Assembly (NCBI GenBank): GCA_017642445.1
Contig: JAGCPA010000092.1
Location: forward strand, 1,655-65,654
Source of the DNA: Spirochaetia bacterium
GTDB lineage: Bacteria > Spirochaetota > Spirochaetia > CADAEX01
Direction of reading: 5' to 3'
DNA: 64,000 nt
In this document: piece by piece, positions 61,674 to 64,000 of the stretch
Position numbering within the stretch: position 1 is the first letter of the stretch
Layout: each line of letters starts with the position of its first letter
Notes under the pieces: model-generated
Databases searched by the model: none
What the model saw: the letters and a program-made list of their open reading frames with translations, nothing else
Told to the model about the DNA's origin: nothing
Program-made: the position numbers and the translations under genes

Positions 61674-62534
61674 ATGAATATTCTTATAACTGGTGCAAAT
61701 GGACAGCTTGGTAATGAAATACATAACTTAGAAAAAGATTCAAAGAATAATTATTTTTTTACCAGTAGAGAAAATCTTGATATAACAGATAAAGGAAGAA
61801 TCCAAAAATATATTTCTGATAATAGAATTGAAATAATTATTAATTGTGCTGCATATACTGCTGTCGAAAAAGCAGAAGAAGAGTTTAAAAGGGCAGATTT
61901 AGTAAATCATATAGCTGTAAAAAATCTTGCAGAAGTTTCAAAAGAAAATAGTGTATTTTTAATTCATATTTCAACAGACTATGTATTTGGTGGAGTCGGG
62001 AATCTGCCTTATAAAGAGGATGATATAGCTAATCCACTTGGTATCTATGGAAAAACAAAGTTTGCCGGAGAACAGGCGATAAAGGATATAGGCTGTAAAG
62101 CATTAATTATTAGGACTGCATGGCTGTATTCCTCTTTTGGCAACAACTTTGTTAAAACAATGATTAGGCTAATCTCTGAAAAAGAAAGTATAAAAGTAGT
62201 CTATGATCAGATTGGTTCTCCTACATATGCAGGTGATTTGGCAAAAATTATTATTGATATAGTCGAAACAAGAAAGTACATAGACAACGAAGGAATATAT
62301 CATTTTACTAACGAGGGTGTTATTTCCTGGTATGATTTTGCAGTTGAAATCGCAAACCAGGTAAACAATATTAAATGTAGGATATTACCTTGCCGTTCAG
62401 ACGAATTTCCGACAAAAGTAAAACGTCCTGCATATTCAGTTTTAGATAAAGCAAAAATAAAAGAAACTTTTAATATTGATATTCCATATTGGAAAGAATC
62501 TCTTACTAAATGTATTAAAAAAATAGGTTTTTAA
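61674..62534 (+). CDS. rmlD: dTDP-4-dehydrorhamnose reductase
   Basis: GANGQLG, STDYVF, YGKTK, DQIGSPT, RP. Confidence 0.96.
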   Translation: MNILITGANGQLGNEIHNLEKDSKNNYFFTSRENLDITDKGRIQKYISDNRIEIIINCAAYTAVEKAEEEFKRADLVNHIAVKNLAEVSKENSVFLIHISTDYVFGGVGNLPYKEDDIANPLGIYGKTKFAGEQAIKDIGCKALIIRTAWLYSSFGNNFVKTMIRLISEKESIKVVYDQIGSPTYAGDLAKIIIDIVETRKYIDNEGIYHFTNEGVISWYDFAVEIANQVNNIKCRILPCRSDEFPTKVKRPAYSVLDKAKIKETFNIDIPYWKESLTKCIKKIGF

Positions 62535-62537
62535 TTA

Positions 62538-63503
62538 ATGAATCCACTGATTTCTATCGCAATGACGACCTATAATGGAGAGAAATATCTTGCTGAACAG
62601 CTTGATTCAATTCTTTCTCAGACCTATTCTAATTTTGAATTAATTATTTGTGATGATTGCTCGAAAGACTCAACTGTTGAAATAATTCAGGAATACTGTA
62701 AAAAAGATAGCCGTATAAAACTTTTTATAAATAGGGAAAATCTTGGATTTAAAAAGAACTTTGAAAAAGCAATATCACTTTGTTCAGGGGAGTATATAGC
62801 TTTAAGTGATCAGGATGATATTTGGACCCTTGACCATCTGGAGAAGTTGTTTAAATTAATCCAAGGGCATAAATTAGCATGTGGCAATGCTGAATTAATA
62901 GACGAGCAGGGAAAAACACTAAGGATAAAGTTGAATGAGGTTGATGAATTATATTGTTTTAATGATTCAGATAATCTCTTGTACAAGATGCTGTGTTCCC
63001 GAAACGCATTTCAAGGTGCATCAATGTTAATGCATAAATCTTTTTTATCCAAAGCAATGCCTATCCCAGATATTATTCCATTCCATGACACATGGTTTGC
63101 ATTATGTTCTTGTTTTGAAGATAGAATTAGATATACTTTTGAAATTATAACTTTTTACAGACAACATTTAAAACAAACAACTACACATACCAAAAGAAAT
63201 ACATTTCAGAGAATTCTTAATTCTATAATAAAAATATTCCGTGGAAAAAAATATTCGCCTGAAAGATTCAAGTATATTAACGAAATAAAAAAGCGTTATA
63301 ATATTTCAAGAGAACAAGAAGAAATAATTAAAAACAGTACATTGTTTCTTAACATGAAAAGTGGAAAATTAGGTTTAAAAGATAAAATTAAAGCAATAAA
63401 GTTCTATTGGAATAAATATGATTATATTCATACATTCCCAAATCATAAGTATAGACTAGTAAGAATAATTAAAAATGCAATATTAGGATTGACAAATGAA
63501 TAA
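62538..63503 (+). CDS. GT2 glycosyltransferase (rhamnosyltransferase-like)
   Basis: TYNGEKYL, DDCS, SDQDDIW, HD, YRQH. Confidence 0.9.
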   Translation: MNPLISIAMTTYNGEKYLAEQLDSILSQTYSNFELIICDDCSKDSTVEIIQEYCKKDSRIKLFINRENLGFKKNFEKAISLCSGEYIALSDQDDIWTLDHLEKLFKLIQGHKLACGNAELIDEQGKTLRIKLNEVDELYCFNDSDNLLYKMLCSRNAFQGASMLMHKSFLSKAMPIPDIIPFHDTWFALCSCFEDRIRYTFEIITFYRQHLKQTTTHTKRNTFQRILNSIIKIFRGKKYSPERFKYINEIKKRYNISREQEEIIKNSTLFLNMKSGKLGLKDKIKAIKFYWNKYDYIHTFPNHKYRLVRIIKNAILGLTNE

Positions 63504-64000
63504 TGTATTGATTTTTGCAGGTGGAGCAGGTCGCCGCATGAACAGCCGATCTAAGCCGAAGCAGTTTCTTAAATTGTATGGCAAGGAGATTATCATTCAT
63601 ACTCTGGAGAACTTCCAGAATCATCCCGAGGTAGACAACATAGTGGTTGTCTGCATCAAGGGATGGATCAACTATCTTCAGAGATTGCTGGCTCAGTATG
63701 GTATGGACAAGGTTCGTATTATTGTTGCTGGTGGGAAGACAGGACAGGAATCTATATATAATGGGCTCTGCGCTCTGTCTGACTTCGCCCCAGAGGATTC
63801 CATTGTACTTGTACATGACGGTGTGCGGCCATTTGTCACCGATACGCTTATATCCGATTGCATCAAGTCGGTCAAGAAAAATGGTTCGGCTATTACAGTA
63901 ACTCCAGCTATTGAAACTATAGTGGAACTGAATGGGAAAAAAGTGGAGTCAATAACAGACAGGAGCAAGTGTTATCATGCCAAGGCTCCCCAGTGCTTCT
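63496..64000 (+). CDS. IspD/TarI-family cytidylyltransferase, 3'-truncated by the window edge and absent from the ORF track
   Basis: Translates as MNNVLIFAGGAGRRMNSRSKPKQFL...GQESIYNGL...VHDGVRP...KAPQCF. Confidence 0.88.
   Translation, partial: MNNVLIFAGGAGRRMNSRSKPKQFLKLYGKEIIIHTLENFQNHPEVDNIVVVCIKGWINYLQRLLAQYGMDKVRIIVAGGKTGQESIYNGLCALSDFAPEDSIVLVHDGVRPFVTDTLISDCIKSVKKNGSAITVTPAIETIVELNGKKVESITDRSKCYHAKAPQCF

Larger units (their letters stand above)
12712..63500 (+). other. AT-rich accessory region: defence hotspot plus surface-polysaccharide locus
   Basis: Abrupt visible drop in GC and change in codon usage near 12.7 kb, return to higher GC near 63.5 kb; all genes on + strand; no integrase or transposase seen. 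Confidence 0.8.

Overview
Origin-proximal chromosomal region of a bacterium, probably a spirochaete (inferred from gene content; not certain). Positions 1-12.7 kb are GC-richer housekeeping backbone: 3' part of gyrA, a NifU-C protein, parAB with three parS sites, glnS, two tandem EamA transporters, rbgA, a WecA/TagO-type transferase, ahcY-metK and a PfkB/adenosine kinase. At about 12.7 kb the DNA turns sharply AT-rich and every gene to the window end is on the + strand. 12.9-30.5 kb is a defence hotspot: AAA_14/DUF4143 ATPase with four 23-bp repeats over its promoter, KAP NTPase, ApeA-like HEPN protein, a VPA1262/PLD-like protein with an unknown partner, DUF2971, an adenine methylase paired with an ABC-ATPase-TOPRIM protein, and a RADAR system (rdrA, an extra 73-aa gene, rdrB). 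The last two units sit between the glycan-locus regulator and rfbF. 30.5-64 kb is a large Wzm/Wzt surface-polysaccharide locus with unusual chemistry: a CDP-sugar/aldolase/GtrABC module with a C10 tract, an actinomycete-type 2,6-dideoxy/amino-sugar pathway, a FabH/ACP/transketolase/LuxE/LuxC acyl module, rmlABCD and a partial IspD/TarI-like gene. No rRNA, tRNA, CRISPR array, integrase or transposase was recognised. Family assignments come from motifs read by eye; no database searches were run.
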